From Candidatus Babelota bacterium (GTDB lineage Bacteria > Babelota > Babeliae > Babelales > JACPOV01), in the NCBI GenBank assembly GCA_016191325.1, contig JACPOV010000008.1:910351-974350 (forward strand): 64,000 bases of DNA, in the 5' to 3' direction. Below, one piece after another: positions 31,010-39,774 of the stretch (its first letter is position 1; every line of letters starts with the position of its first letter). The position numbers and the translations under genes were made by a program. The notes under the pieces were generated by a model. That model was not told the DNA's origin. It did no database searches and saw nothing but the letters and a program-made list of their open reading frames with translations.

Positions 31010-32383
31010 ATGGGGAATCTAAAAAAAATAATTGGGTGTTTATTTTTTTGTGTGATTGCACTTCCCAGTTATTCCCAAATGCATAAAGAAAAAAAGCCCG
31101 AGATGCGAAGAACCAATAGCTGTCGCGATTTAAAACAACTTCTGGAAGAAGATCCCTTTAAAACCAAAACCTTTGAACAATCTCCACAGCCTTTGGTTAA
31201 CAACAATAACAACAATTCAAAAGATGAAGTTACTGAAGTAAACCTCGCTTCAATGCCTGAAATAATGGAGAATTCTTTTGCGAGAATGATGAAAAAATAC
31301 GATCCATTCCGCAGAACATCAAGTGTGCCAAAAATCGCAATTGAACCAATCGAATCGTATACCTCCAAAAGGCAACCACTCACACGCAGTTTTTCTGAAC
31401 TTTCTTCTAAGGCGTACGCGATTACATATCCTGGTCCTGGGGTTTTTGCAGTTCACGATATGGAAGAGGATAAAGAGCTTCTCACTTTGAACGGTTCACC
31501 GTGGAAAACGCATACCACCTTTGCCAGCCCAACAAGCATTGCTTATATTACAAAGCCGGAAAGCGCTGTGTGCGTTGTAGAAGTGCCCACAGGAAAACAT
31601 GTAAAATGCACAGATTTTAAAGTAATTGATTTCAACAGTTCTACTTTTGAAATCCCACAAGGGGTGTCTAGCCCAGATCTTATTTCTCAAGGGAAAAAAC
31701 CTTATCCAGTTACGGTGAAAGGGCTCGATAATAATAAACTCTTAACCCTTTACCGATCAACTTCCACAACTATAAACAAACAAAAAGGTGGCATTCTTTA
31801 TTTGTGGGAGGTCGACCGAGGAACGTTCACTGAGCTCGACCCAAAAGCTGTTAATATTGATTCTGCGCTTCTTGCTGCCGGTAAATTAATCGATACAAAA
31901 GGGAATGAGATACAAATCTTTGAAAATCCTGGAAAGCAGACAGAATCGATAAAGACAATAGCAAAACATACCAAACCGATAGCGAGCATTTCATTATCAT
32001 CATTATCACAAAATGAACTTATACTCGCTTCAGGCTCTGCCGATAAAACCGTTAGGCTGTGGGATTTGGGAATGTATGGGAGCGAAAGCGCAACTTTTGA
32101 ATTTCCAGAAAAAATAAACGCTGTCGCTTTTCACCCAGAAATCGACTATCTTTTGGCCGTTGCAGCATTAGGAACTATTCATTTTGTCGACACCCGAACA
32201 AAAGAAAGTATTGGTACGTCGCCCCTGGGCGCAATGTGTAAAAATAATATAGTACGAACGCTTAAATGGAATCAAACGTCTCTCTACGTAGAAACCGGAT
32301 TACGCGTGTGGTCGAAATTAACCGGTCTTGATAAATTCTTACAGAGCGGTAAAAAAGTCGACACAACTGCACAATCTCAATAG
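31010..32383 (+). CDS. Leader-bearing WD40-repeat protein with Asn-rich low-complexity linker
   Basis: Leader MGNLKKIIGCLFFCVIALPSYSQ. Canonical WD40 repeat ELILASGSADKTVRLWDL, then INAVAFHPEIDYLLAVAALGTIHFVDTRTKE. GGGAG lies upstream of the ATG. Confidence 0.75.
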   Translation: MGNLKKIIGCLFFCVIALPSYSQMHKEKKPEMRRTNSCRDLKQLLEEDPFKTKTFEQSPQPLVNNNNNNSKDEVTEVNLASMPEIMENSFARMMKKYDPFRRTSSVPKIAIEPIESYTSKRQPLTRSFSELSSKAYAITYPGPGVFAVHDMEEDKELLTLNGSPWKTHTTFASPTSIAYITKPESAVCVVEVPTGKHVKCTDFKVIDFNSSTFEIPQGVSSPDLISQGKKPYPVTVKGLDNNKLLTLYRSTSTTINKQKGGILYLWEVDRGTFTELDPKAVNIDSALLAAGKLIDTKGNEIQIFENPGKQTESIKTIAKHTKPIASISLSSLSQNELILASGSADKTVRLWDLGMYGSESATFEFPEKINAVAFHPEIDYLLAVAALGTIHFVDTRTKESIGTSPLGAMCKNNIVRTLKWNQTSLYVETGLRVWSKLTGLDKFLQSGKKVDTTAQSQ

Positions 32384-32469
32384 TAAAACTTTCTTTTTAC
32401 TTGCAGTCTTTACTGTTCTGTTTAAAATCTGATTAGTAAATTTAATTTAAAACTATCGGATATTTAGCC

Positions 32470-32754
32470 ATGAAAAAAATTATCATTGCCGTTATCATTG
32501 GATATTCGATTCCGAACTTGCTAGGGATGGAAGCGCGCTCTAATGAAATTAGCAAGCGAACTTACACGAGCACGCAAGTAACCCAATTTTATGCTCTAGA
32601 ATCGTGGTACACAAGCAGGTTACAACAGTTGATTGATAGCCATTTTGACCAACAAATTGATCGAGCCAATTTTGATTCTAAGGCGCAAAAGCTCTACAAC
32701 AATTTTAAAACTGGAAAAGATAGAATTTTAAGCAATAAGAAACAACGTATTTAA
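32470..32754 (+). CDS. Small leader-bearing protein (leader ...G-M-E)
   Basis: MKKIIIAVIIGYSIPNLLG|MEARSNE. 94 aa, no family recognised. Confidence 0.55.
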   Translation: MKKIIIAVIIGYSIPNLLGMEARSNEISKRTYTSTQVTQFYALESWYTSRLQQLIDSHFDQQIDRANFDSKAQKLYNNFKTGKDRILSNKKQRI

Positions 32755-32784
32755 TTTCGCAAACGACCCCATAATGGAGTTTTT

Positions 32785-33087
32785 ATGAAAAAAATCATAG
32801 CGGGCCTACTATTAACGTTCAATGCATCTTCGATTCTAGCAATGGATAACACGCGTCGCCAAACGCCGCCGACATCAAGTATTGAAAATCTTTTGGAGGG
32901 CTTATCCATTGAAGAAAAAAAAGAAATAGTCCAAACCTATGAAAAACTTAATAGCACCCTCCAGGTGGTCTCAACGCTCGTCCCAACAGAAGAAACCGAA
33001 ATTCAAAAGAAAAAAGAAGATTTAAAAAAGTTTTGTATCCGTAGGATTGCCAATTCTTCCCATCGCGACTCAAAAGATAGCAATTAG
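32785..33087 (+). CDS. Small leader-bearing protein (leader ...A-M-D)
   Basis: MKKIIAGLLLTFNASSILA|MDNTRRQ. 100 aa, followed by a clear terminator. Confidence 0.6.
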   Translation: MKKIIAGLLLTFNASSILAMDNTRRQTPPTSSIENLLEGLSIEEKKEIVQTYEKLNSTLQVVSTLVPTEETEIQKKKEDLKKFCIRRIANSSHRDSKDSN

Positions 33088-33112
33088 GCAGGATAATTAT
33101 TTCATAATCTAT

Positions 33113-33141
33113 AGGCCAATTTTACGATTGGCCTTTTTTTG
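33113..33141 (+). terminator. Rho-independent terminator
   Basis: AGGCCAAT (33113-33120), TTTACG loop, ATTGGCCT (33127-33134), then T7. Confidence 0.8.
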
Positions 33142-33185
33142 CTATACTTATTCAATAAAAAGACTCATTCGGCAAAGGATTACCC

Positions 33186-34643
33186 GTGTCTGGCAAAACT
33201 TCGGTTCTTGATGCATACCCCGCTTACCGTGTTGATATTGGTATAGAAGTTCACGTACAGCTTACCACAAAAAGTAAGATTTTCTGCACATGTTCAAACG
33301 GGTTTGCAACCGAGCCAAATATCAATATTTGCGAAACCTGTTCAGGCCAACCGGGAGCTCTGCCCCGCCTCAACGCTCAAGTAGTTGAATACGCTATTAT
33401 GACCGGCCTTGCTACAAACTGCACCATTAGTCCAGAATCTACATTTGATCGCAAACACTATTTCTATCCAGATTTGCCAAAAGATTTTCAAATTACCCAA
33501 AACTACTTGCCCATTTGTACTGATGGATTTGTTACCATTCATTTGGAAGATGGCAGCAAGAAAAATATTCGCCTTATTCGTATTCATATGGAAGAGGATG
33601 CTGGAAAAAATATTCATGCACAAACGGGCGAAAGTTTTGTGGATTTAAATCGCGCAGGCACTCCGCTTCTTGAAATTGTCAGCCATCCAGATATTAATAG
33701 TGCTTATCAAGCGCGAGAATATCTGCAAATGCTTCATAAAACGGTGAAATATTTAAATGTTTCTACCGGCAACATGGAAGAAGGAGCATTTCGCGCAGAT
33801 ACCAATATTTCGGTGCGAAAAAAAGACGATCCAAATCTTGGTACCAAAGTAGAACTTAAAAATATTAACTCGTTTAAATTCATTGGCGATGCTATCGAAT
33901 ACGAAATTGAACGACAAATCGAATTGCTCGAAGATGGCGGCGCTGTAAAACAAGAAACGCGACTTTGGGATACAAAAGAACGCAAATCTGTTCCAATGCG
34001 CAGCAAAGAAGAGCTTGCCGATTATCGTTATTTTAGTGAGCCGGATTTGCCTATCGTTGCAATCGATCAAAAAAGAATCGACGCGATCAAAGCTACCCTT
34101 CCTGAACTTCCTGCACAAAAACTTGAGCGCCTTATGAGAGAAAAAAATCTCTCTGCATATGAAGCAGAAATTTTAGTTGATGCGCCAGAACTCGCAAATT
34201 ATTTTGAAAAAGCATATTCCATCAATCCAAGCAAACAGATCATTAACTGGATCTTGCGCGACCTCTTAAGCTATTTAAAAGAAGAAAAACTTGAATTAAC
34301 GGCAAGTAAAGTTACTCCCGAAAAATTAGCGGAACTCGTCGCGCTCATCGATAAAGGCACGATTAATAATCGGGCAGCACAAGAAATTTTTATGCACGTC
34401 GCGCAATCGGGAAAAAACCCTTCCGCTCTCGTTAAAGAACTTGGGCTGGAGCAAGTTGGTGCTTCTGCGGAACTTGAATCGATTATTAAGGAACTTATTG
34501 AAGCTCATCCTGAGCAAACGGCACAATATAAAGCTGGGCAGCAAAAACTTTTTGGATTCTTTGTCGGAGCTGCGATGCAAAAAACGCAGGGCAAAGGAAA
34601 TCCAAAAGTGATTCAAGAACTGCTCAAAAAATACTTAAGCTAA
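33186..34643 (+). CDS. gatB: Asp/Glu-tRNA(Asn/Gln) amidotransferase subunit B
   Basis: Full-length GatB-type sequence: GIEVHVQLTTKSKIFC, YFYPDLPKDFQITQ, HMEEDAGK, C-terminal YqeY-like tail. GTG start. No gatA or gatC adjacent. Confidence 0.93.
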   Translation: MSGKTSVLDAYPAYRVDIGIEVHVQLTTKSKIFCTCSNGFATEPNINICETCSGQPGALPRLNAQVVEYAIMTGLATNCTISPESTFDRKHYFYPDLPKDFQITQNYLPICTDGFVTIHLEDGSKKNIRLIRIHMEEDAGKNIHAQTGESFVDLNRAGTPLLEIVSHPDINSAYQAREYLQMLHKTVKYLNVSTGNMEEGAFRADTNISVRKKDDPNLGTKVELKNINSFKFIGDAIEYEIERQIELLEDGGAVKQETRLWDTKERKSVPMRSKEELADYRYFSEPDLPIVAIDQKRIDAIKATLPELPAQKLERLMREKNLSAYEAEILVDAPELANYFEKAYSINPSKQIINWILRDLLSYLKEEKLELTASKVTPEKLAELVALIDKGTINNRAAQEIFMHVAQSGKNPSALVKELGLEQVGASAELESIIKELIEAHPEQTAQYKAGQQKLFGFFVGAAMQKTQGKGNPKVIQELLKKYLS

Positions 34644-34646
34644 AAA

Positions 34647-35606
34647 ATGGCGCTGTATATTATTTTAAGTGCTTTGGCATCGATTTTATGCAGCGAGGCC
34701 AGCGGAATGGAATTAGCCGAATTCAAGAATGAAAAAAAAGATTATTCTTTCCCAGAGCTGTTAGCTATCAAATTAGAAAACTATCCCGTTTGCCTTGCAA
34801 TCAGCGACGATAATAAATATATCGCGTTTGTTACTCGCTACCAAACGGGATCTCTGTTTAGCTTAAATGAAGATGCATCAAAAGTTGTATCAACGACGAG
34901 CATTAACGTCCCTGATTGTTTTTGCAAAACTCTCTATTTTGACGAACAATCGAACCTGAGTTTTTGGAATCCTTCTCAGCCATATCCGCTAAGAAATTTG
35001 ATATATAATGAAGGATGCGATGAACCGCACGCATTCTCCTACAAGAAATCATTGATAGCTCAATCGAGCCATGATATGCGAATCCGCATTTTTTGTTTAG
35101 ATCGCCCCGAGAATAAGAAAAAACATAAAACGTCGCTTCATCATACCTCCGGCTCTGTTACATCCCTTGCATTTAATCAAGAAGGATCGCTATTGGCATC
35201 AGGGGCACACGGTGGCGAACTTTTTTTATGGGATACTCATAGTTGGGAAAAAAAATCCACCAAACTTTCGGGGCACGTACTTGCATTATCGTTCAGCAAT
35301 GATGATCAAAGATTGGCAGCGGGAAGTACACACGGAGAAGTGCTCCTGTTCGATTCTACTAACCTCGAAATAATAAAAAGAATTGATTACGCTAACCCGA
35401 AAGGAATCCATCACGCAGTTTTTAACGCAGATGATTCACTACTTATCAGCGGATTAGATGATGCACTTTGTATTTCAGAATTGAAACCAACATTTAAACC
35501 GCAATCCCCCGCCCTTGAAAACTTAAAAATTGAAAATAAGGGCAATAAATCGCTCCCAGAGTTTTGGGAAAAACTCATAAAAAAAATCGGCTTTCTTAAA
35601 GGCTAA
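34647..35606 (+). CDS. Leader-bearing WD40-repeat protein (leader ...G-M-E)
   Basis: MALYIILSALASILCSEASG|MELAEFK. WD40 repeats GSVTSLAFNQEGSLLASGAHGGELFLWDTHSWE and VLALSFSNDDQRLAAGSTHGEVLLFDSTNLE. It starts 3 nt after the gatB stop. Confidence 0.75.
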   Translation: MALYIILSALASILCSEASGMELAEFKNEKKDYSFPELLAIKLENYPVCLAISDDNKYIAFVTRYQTGSLFSLNEDASKVVSTTSINVPDCFCKTLYFDEQSNLSFWNPSQPYPLRNLIYNEGCDEPHAFSYKKSLIAQSSHDMRIRIFCLDRPENKKKHKTSLHHTSGSVTSLAFNQEGSLLASGAHGGELFLWDTHSWEKKSTKLSGHVLALSFSNDDQRLAAGSTHGEVLLFDSTNLEIIKRIDYANPKGIHHAVFNADDSLLISGLDDALCISELKPTFKPQSPALENLKIENKGNKSLPEFWEKLIKKIGFLKG

Positions 35607-35926
35607 TTATATATATCTTATAAAATTGCCACCTATAAAATTGAGCACTTATTGATGGCCAATTGTTATGGCTTTTTTTCAAAAATAACCATGCCCCACT
35701 TTTCAAATAGCATTGATTTTCCGCGTATAAATAAGCTATTCTGGTAATTGATTGTAGGTAATTTGAACAAATTGAAATGGTCAAATGAGTTGCCGCCTCA
35801 AAAAATGCCTGGCGGATTATATACTCAAAATTTCCAACCAATTCTTGCTCAATTCGACCTCAAAAAAGTTCTTCCATTTTTATAGCAAAATGGTGGATCA
35901 AAAAGAACATATTAAAAGGAGAAAAT

Positions 35927-36355
35927 ATGAAGTTAAAAAATATAGCATTCTTTGCCTTATCACTTCTCGTTGTCGTTCCAGTTGCACAAGCAAGTCTTGG
36001 TACAACTCGTGTAGATGGCACTATAGGTAGAACAACTACTTATTATGGTAACCGCGTGTATACAAACCCTACCGGTTATCCAACCACGGCAAACACTGGC
36101 GTAACTGCCACCGCATATCCAACTACTAAGGTTGGAACAACTGCGATTGGTTATACAAATCCAGGAACTGCAAGTTTGGCTAATCCGAATTATACAAATC
36201 CTAATGTTTACGGTACTGAAACGAATTATGCTACAGGAACACCTGAAGAGAATAACTACTATAACCGTACATACAGACAAGGGCGATCTGGTTTAGGTCA
36301 ATATAGACACGGCGGCGTGTTGAGCAACCCATCAGGGCGTGGCTTTTACCGATAA
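35927..36355 (+). CDS. Secreted Thr/Tyr/Asn/Gly-rich low-complexity protein
   Basis: Leader MKLKNIAFFALSLLVVVPVAQA, then repeated motifs such as TGYPTTANTGVTATAYPTTKVGTTAIGYTNPGTA...NPNYTNPNVYGTETNY. AGGAGA lies upstream and the gene has its own terminator. Confidence 0.65.
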   Translation: MKLKNIAFFALSLLVVVPVAQASLGTTRVDGTIGRTTTYYGNRVYTNPTGYPTTANTGVTATAYPTTKVGTTAIGYTNPGTASLANPNYTNPNVYGTETNYATGTPEENNYYNRTYRQGRSGLGQYRHGGVLSNPSGRGFYR

Positions 36356-36383
36356 TACATAAACCTTATCAGTAAATTTTCCA

Positions 36384-36416
36384 AATAGGCCTTGAAACTA
36401 TCGAGGCCTATTTTTT
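36384..36416 (+). terminator. Rho-independent terminator
   Basis: ATAGGCCT (36384-36391) / AGGCCTAT (36403-36410), followed by TTTTT. Confidence 0.75.
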
Positions 36417-36450
36417 ATTAAAAATATGAAAAAGAAATCAGGAGAAAATA

Positions 36451-36792
36451 ATGAAGCTAAAAAAAATTATGCTCGTCGTACTATCCATTGCGATAATTGC
36501 GCCTCTTGCACACGGTAGAGGCGGGGGCGGCCACGGCGGCGGCGGACATTTCGGCGGCGGTGGCGGTCACTGGGGCGGATATGGCGGTCGTGGTTATGGT
36601 AGAGGTTACGACAGAGGATTCTACGGCGGTACCGGAATAGGTTTTTATGGCGGCCCTGGCTACTATAGCGACTACGATGATTATGGCACTTATTACGACG
36701 ACGGCGGTTACGTTGGCGATGACGGCGTTGCTGTAGGCGTTGATGGCGTCGGCGTTGGTGTTGGCTCTGGCGGCATCGGTATCGGATTCTAA
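36451..36792 (+). CDS. Secreted Gly/Tyr/Asp-rich low-complexity protein
   Basis: Leader MKLKKIMLVVLSIAIIAPLAHG, then RGGGGHGGGGHFGGGGGHWGGYGGRGYGRGYDRGFYGG...YYSDYDDYGTYYDDGGY...GVGVGVGSGGIGIGF. AGGAGA lies upstream. Locally GC-rich. Confidence 0.65.
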   Translation: MKLKKIMLVVLSIAIIAPLAHGRGGGGHGGGGHFGGGGGHWGGYGGRGYGRGYDRGFYGGTGIGFYGGPGYYSDYDDYGTYYDDGGYVGDDGVAVGVDGVGVGVGSGGIGIGF

Positions 36793-36828
36793 AAATACGA
36801 TAGAAAATAAATCTTGCAAAAGATTATA

Positions 36829-36858
36829 GAGGCCATGGAATTCCATGGCCTTTTATTT
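36829..36858. terminator. Hairpin terminator between convergent genes
   Basis: 20-bp perfect palindrome GGCCATGGAATTCCATGGCC (36831-36850), followed by TTTTATTTT. Confidence 0.75.
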
Positions 36859-36901
36859 TGGTCAGTGTTCACTTTGTAAAAAAATAGAGAATCTATTTTT
36901 C

Positions 36902-37924
36902 TTAAAAAATATCGAGAGAATAGGTATCGAACTTATTCTGCTCAGCTTTATAATTTCCCACAAATGCAATCATAGCTGCGTTATCGGTGCAAAAGGCTGG
37001 CGATGGGCTCGCAAATGGCAAGTTATGTTTATTTGCTAACTGGGCTAACTTTGCTTTAATGAATCGATTGCACGCAACACCACCAACAAAAGAAATACCG
37101 CGCACATATGAAAACTCTTTTAATGCAAGTTCAATTTTTTGCTCAAACATTTTACTAATACAAACAAGAAGAGAACTGGCAACTTGCTTTTTGTTTTCAA
37201 AATTCATAGTAGCCAAAAGTGATTTTGCTGGTAGATCATACCAACCGCGTTTTACTAAATCGTAAAGAACTGCCGTCTTTAATCCTGAAAAACTAAAATC
37301 GAGTGTATGTGGATTACCGCGCGGATAATGAAAAAAATCTTCAAACGAAATTTCTTGAGCGTATTTTTCTATTAATGGACCGCCTGGATATCCGAGCCCC
37401 ATTAGTTTTGCAATTTTATCAAACGCTTCGCCCGCCGCATCGTCAAGCGTTTGTCCAATTATTTGAAATTCACCAAAATTTTTAACTAGATAGAGCGCCG
37501 TGTGCCCGCCTGACGCTGATAAACAAAGATAGGGAAATGGTAAAGATTTTTCCAAGAATGATGAAAAAATATGTCCCTCAAGATGATCAATGCCAATAAT
37601 CGGTTTTTTTTTGGCCCATGCTATAGCTTTTGCAAATGAAAGACCAACCAGAAGTGATCCGGGCAATCCCGGTTTTACCGTTACGGCAATGGCATCGATA
37701 ACATCGAGAGTCACGCCCCCGTGTTCCAGCGCGCGCCGTACAATGCTATTTATTTTCTCCAAGTGAGAGCGCGATGCAAGCTCAGGAATAACGCCGCCGT
37801 ATTCTTTGTGGATTTCCGTTTGAGAATATAAAACATTGGAACGAAGGCCATCATCACTTGAATACACAGCTGCCGCCGTTTCATCACATGAAGTTTCTAT
37901 CCCTAAAATCAATCGTCCCGCCAT
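36902..37924 (-). CDS. tsaD: tRNA N6-adenosine threonylcarbamoyltransferase TsaD (Kae1/Gcp)
   Basis: MAGRLILGIETSCDETAAAV, GVIPELASRSH, SASGGHT, GVACN. The ATG at 37924 lies 4 nt after GAGGGA (the track starts at 37936). Confidence 0.93.
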   Translation of the reverse strand: MAGRLILGIETSCDETAAAVYSSDDGLRSNVLYSQTEIHKEYGGVIPELASRSHLEKINSIVRRALEHGGVTLDVIDAIAVTVKPGLPGSLLVGLSFAKAIAWAKKKPIIGIDHLEGHIFSSFLEKSLPFPYLCLSASGGHTALYLVKNFGEFQIIGQTLDDAAGEAFDKIAKLMGLGYPGGPLIEKYAQEISFEDFFHYPRGNPHTLDFSFSGLKTAVLYDLVKRGWYDLPAKSLLATMNFENKKQVASSLLVCISKMFEQKIELALKEFSYVRGISFVGGVACNRFIKAKLAQLANKHNLPFASPSPAFCTDNAAMIAFVGNYKAEQNKFDTYSLDIF

Positions 37925-37957
37925 ACATTCCCTCATTTATCCAGAAGTTAACTTTTT

Positions 37958-38728
37958 CTATGCGCTGTATCCGCGCGCATTGAAAGGTATTGATATGAGT
38001 CTGTTTGAGGCGCATTGCACAATCGCCTTAAATGGTTTTTTGTGAAATGAGCGCAGATTGATTCCGCCAATAACCATGCGATCACGCATCGATCTTATCA
38101 TTTCTTTGGTAACTGAATCCTTAATTACAATCGTTGGCAAATAAATGCTCGTGCCGCCGCTTGCCCATTCACGGACATCAAGGCGATTGATATATTCAGG
38201 ATTCATGAAGACGATAACCGTATTATCAGGAACAATCATTTCGCCCTCTTTAAAGCGAATTTCTTGTACGCGCCATGAATCACGCCATTCAATTGATTTT
38301 TTATTTTGCAAAAGCTCAAGCGGATCAATTTGAGGCATATCAACCGTATACTTACTTAATTTATAAAGTTTATATGAAGCTTTAGGCGCCAATTGCAAGT
38401 GTTCAATGTGATTTGCGTCAGGGATTTTTAGATCCTCTGTGCTCATGATCAGAACGTGAATTTGATTCGGTTTATCATCCTCGTAAATTTCAAATGCAGC
38501 TTTTCTGATTTCGCTCTCTTTATCAACCGAAACACTATAGAGCCCACCCTTATAGCACACCGGCAAACCACCAAGATCTTCGGTACCATTTGGGCTACTA
38601 ATAAATCCAAAAATTGTTACCTGTTTGGTTGGTTGGCTAACCGCATATACTTGCAACACTGGAAAAATTATAAAGAGGCCCGAACCGACAAGAACCATCA
38701 ACAAAAAAGTTCCAAATCCCTTTTTCAT
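37958..38728 (-). CDS. Membrane-anchored or secreted hypothetical protein
   Basis: 256-aa ORF with N-terminal hydrophobic segment MKKGFGTFLLMVLVGSGLFIIFPVLQVYA. No family recognised. Confidence 0.6.
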   Translation of the reverse strand: MKKGFGTFLLMVLVGSGLFIIFPVLQVYAVSQPTKQVTIFGFISSPNGTEDLGGLPVCYKGGLYSVSVDKESEIRKAAFEIYEDDKPNQIHVLIMSTEDLKIPDANHIEHLQLAPKASYKLYKLSKYTVDMPQIDPLELLQNKKSIEWRDSWRVQEIRFKEGEMIVPDNTVIVFMNPEYINRLDVREWASGGTSIYLPTIVIKDSVTKEMIRSMRDRMVIGGINLRSFHKKPFKAIVQCASNRLISIPFNARGYSA

Positions 38729-38818
38729 GATTGCTCCTCAAGTTATATTGTGTATTTTTATTTTTTTTCTTAGTTTATACTAATGTTTACAAGGTGAAAA
38801 GAACTCTAGCAGCGTACC

Positions 38819-39277
38819 ATGATACAACGTTTCCTACTATTTATAAAACAGACCGTTACTCCTTCGATATCAGCCCAGCTGGCCGCCCGCTCGTGGTGCG
38901 TGGGTATGTTTGTCGCTTGGTCACCCTTTCTCGGGCTGCAAACGATATTGGCTATTATTCTTTCTTATTTTTTTTCGCTCAAAGCATCTATAACGCTCAC
39001 CGCTTCATTCATGATTAATAATATTTGGACCGTTATTCCTATTTCTTTAGCAAATTACAATTTTGGCCTCTTTCTGTTTGAAAAAGTTCTTCATCGAACA
39101 CCGCCAAAAAATCCAGCATTTTTTGCACCGATTGAACTCTGGCTTCAAACACGGCTGGCAATACCAACGCCAAGCTTATGGCCGTTTCTTATTGGCGGAA
39201 CGATTTTAGCTTTTATTATTAGTTGCGCAGCATATCCTTTTGTTAAGCGCTTTTTGTTGTATTTCTCTAAGCATTAA
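38819..39277 (+). CDS. Small membrane protein, DUF2062-like
   Basis: ARSWCVGMFVAWSPFLGLQTILAIILSYFFSLKASITLTASFMINNIWTVIP resembles the DUF2062 pattern as I recall it. The assignment is tentative. Confidence 0.45.
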   Translation: MIQRFLLFIKQTVTPSISAQLAARSWCVGMFVAWSPFLGLQTILAIILSYFFSLKASITLTASFMINNIWTVIPISLANYNFGLFLFEKVLHRTPPKNPAFFAPIELWLQTRLAIPTPSLWPFLIGGTILAFIISCAAYPFVKRFLLYFSKH

Positions 39278-39291
39278 TCGGAATCTTCATT

Positions 39292-39744
39292 ATGAAAATT
39301 TTAGCGCAAAATAAAAAAGCTTTTTTTGATTATGAAATTCTCGATCACATCGAAGCAGGAATTGTGCTCACCGGGGATGAAGTAAAATCGATGCGGGCCG
39401 GGCACATTTCGCTTGTTGGTGCCTATGCGACGATTTACCGAGGAGAGCTTTTTTTAATCAATTGCACCGTGGCACCGTATGCGCAGGCGTATCAAAAAAA
39501 AGATGAAACAAAAACTCGTTCACGAAAACTTCTCGTTCATCGGCGCGAACTTAATCGAATCGCCGGCGATATCTCTCGCAAAGGAGTTACGATCTTAGCA
39601 CTCAAAATTTACCTGAATGAAAAAAATCTCATTAAAGTAGATTTGGGAATTGGTAAACACAAAAAAGCTGGCGATAAACGAGAAGCAATTAAAGAAAAAG
39701 ATCTCAAGCGCGAATCGCAACGCGAGTTAAAAAATAAATATTAA
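39292..39744 (+). CDS. smpB: SsrA-binding protein SmpB
   Basis: NKKAFFDYEILDHIEAGIVLTGDEVKSMR...KLLVHRRELNRI...GKHKKAGDKRE is typical SmpB. Confidence 0.93.
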   Translation: MKILAQNKKAFFDYEILDHIEAGIVLTGDEVKSMRAGHISLVGAYATIYRGELFLINCTVAPYAQAYQKKDETKTRSRKLLVHRRELNRIAGDISRKGVTILALKIYLNEKNLIKVDLGIGKHKKAGDKREAIKEKDLKRESQRELKNKY

Positions 39745-39774
39745 AAAACCTAAGCATTTACATCTAGGATTATC

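Noticed and set aside
36481-36846. 121-aa minus-strand ORF antisense to the Gly-rich gene (and 35960..36280 antisense to the Thr/Tyr-rich gene)
   Set aside because: The GC-rich GGC/GGT repeats are free of stop codons on both strands. Only the plus-strand genes have an SD, a signal peptide and a terminator.
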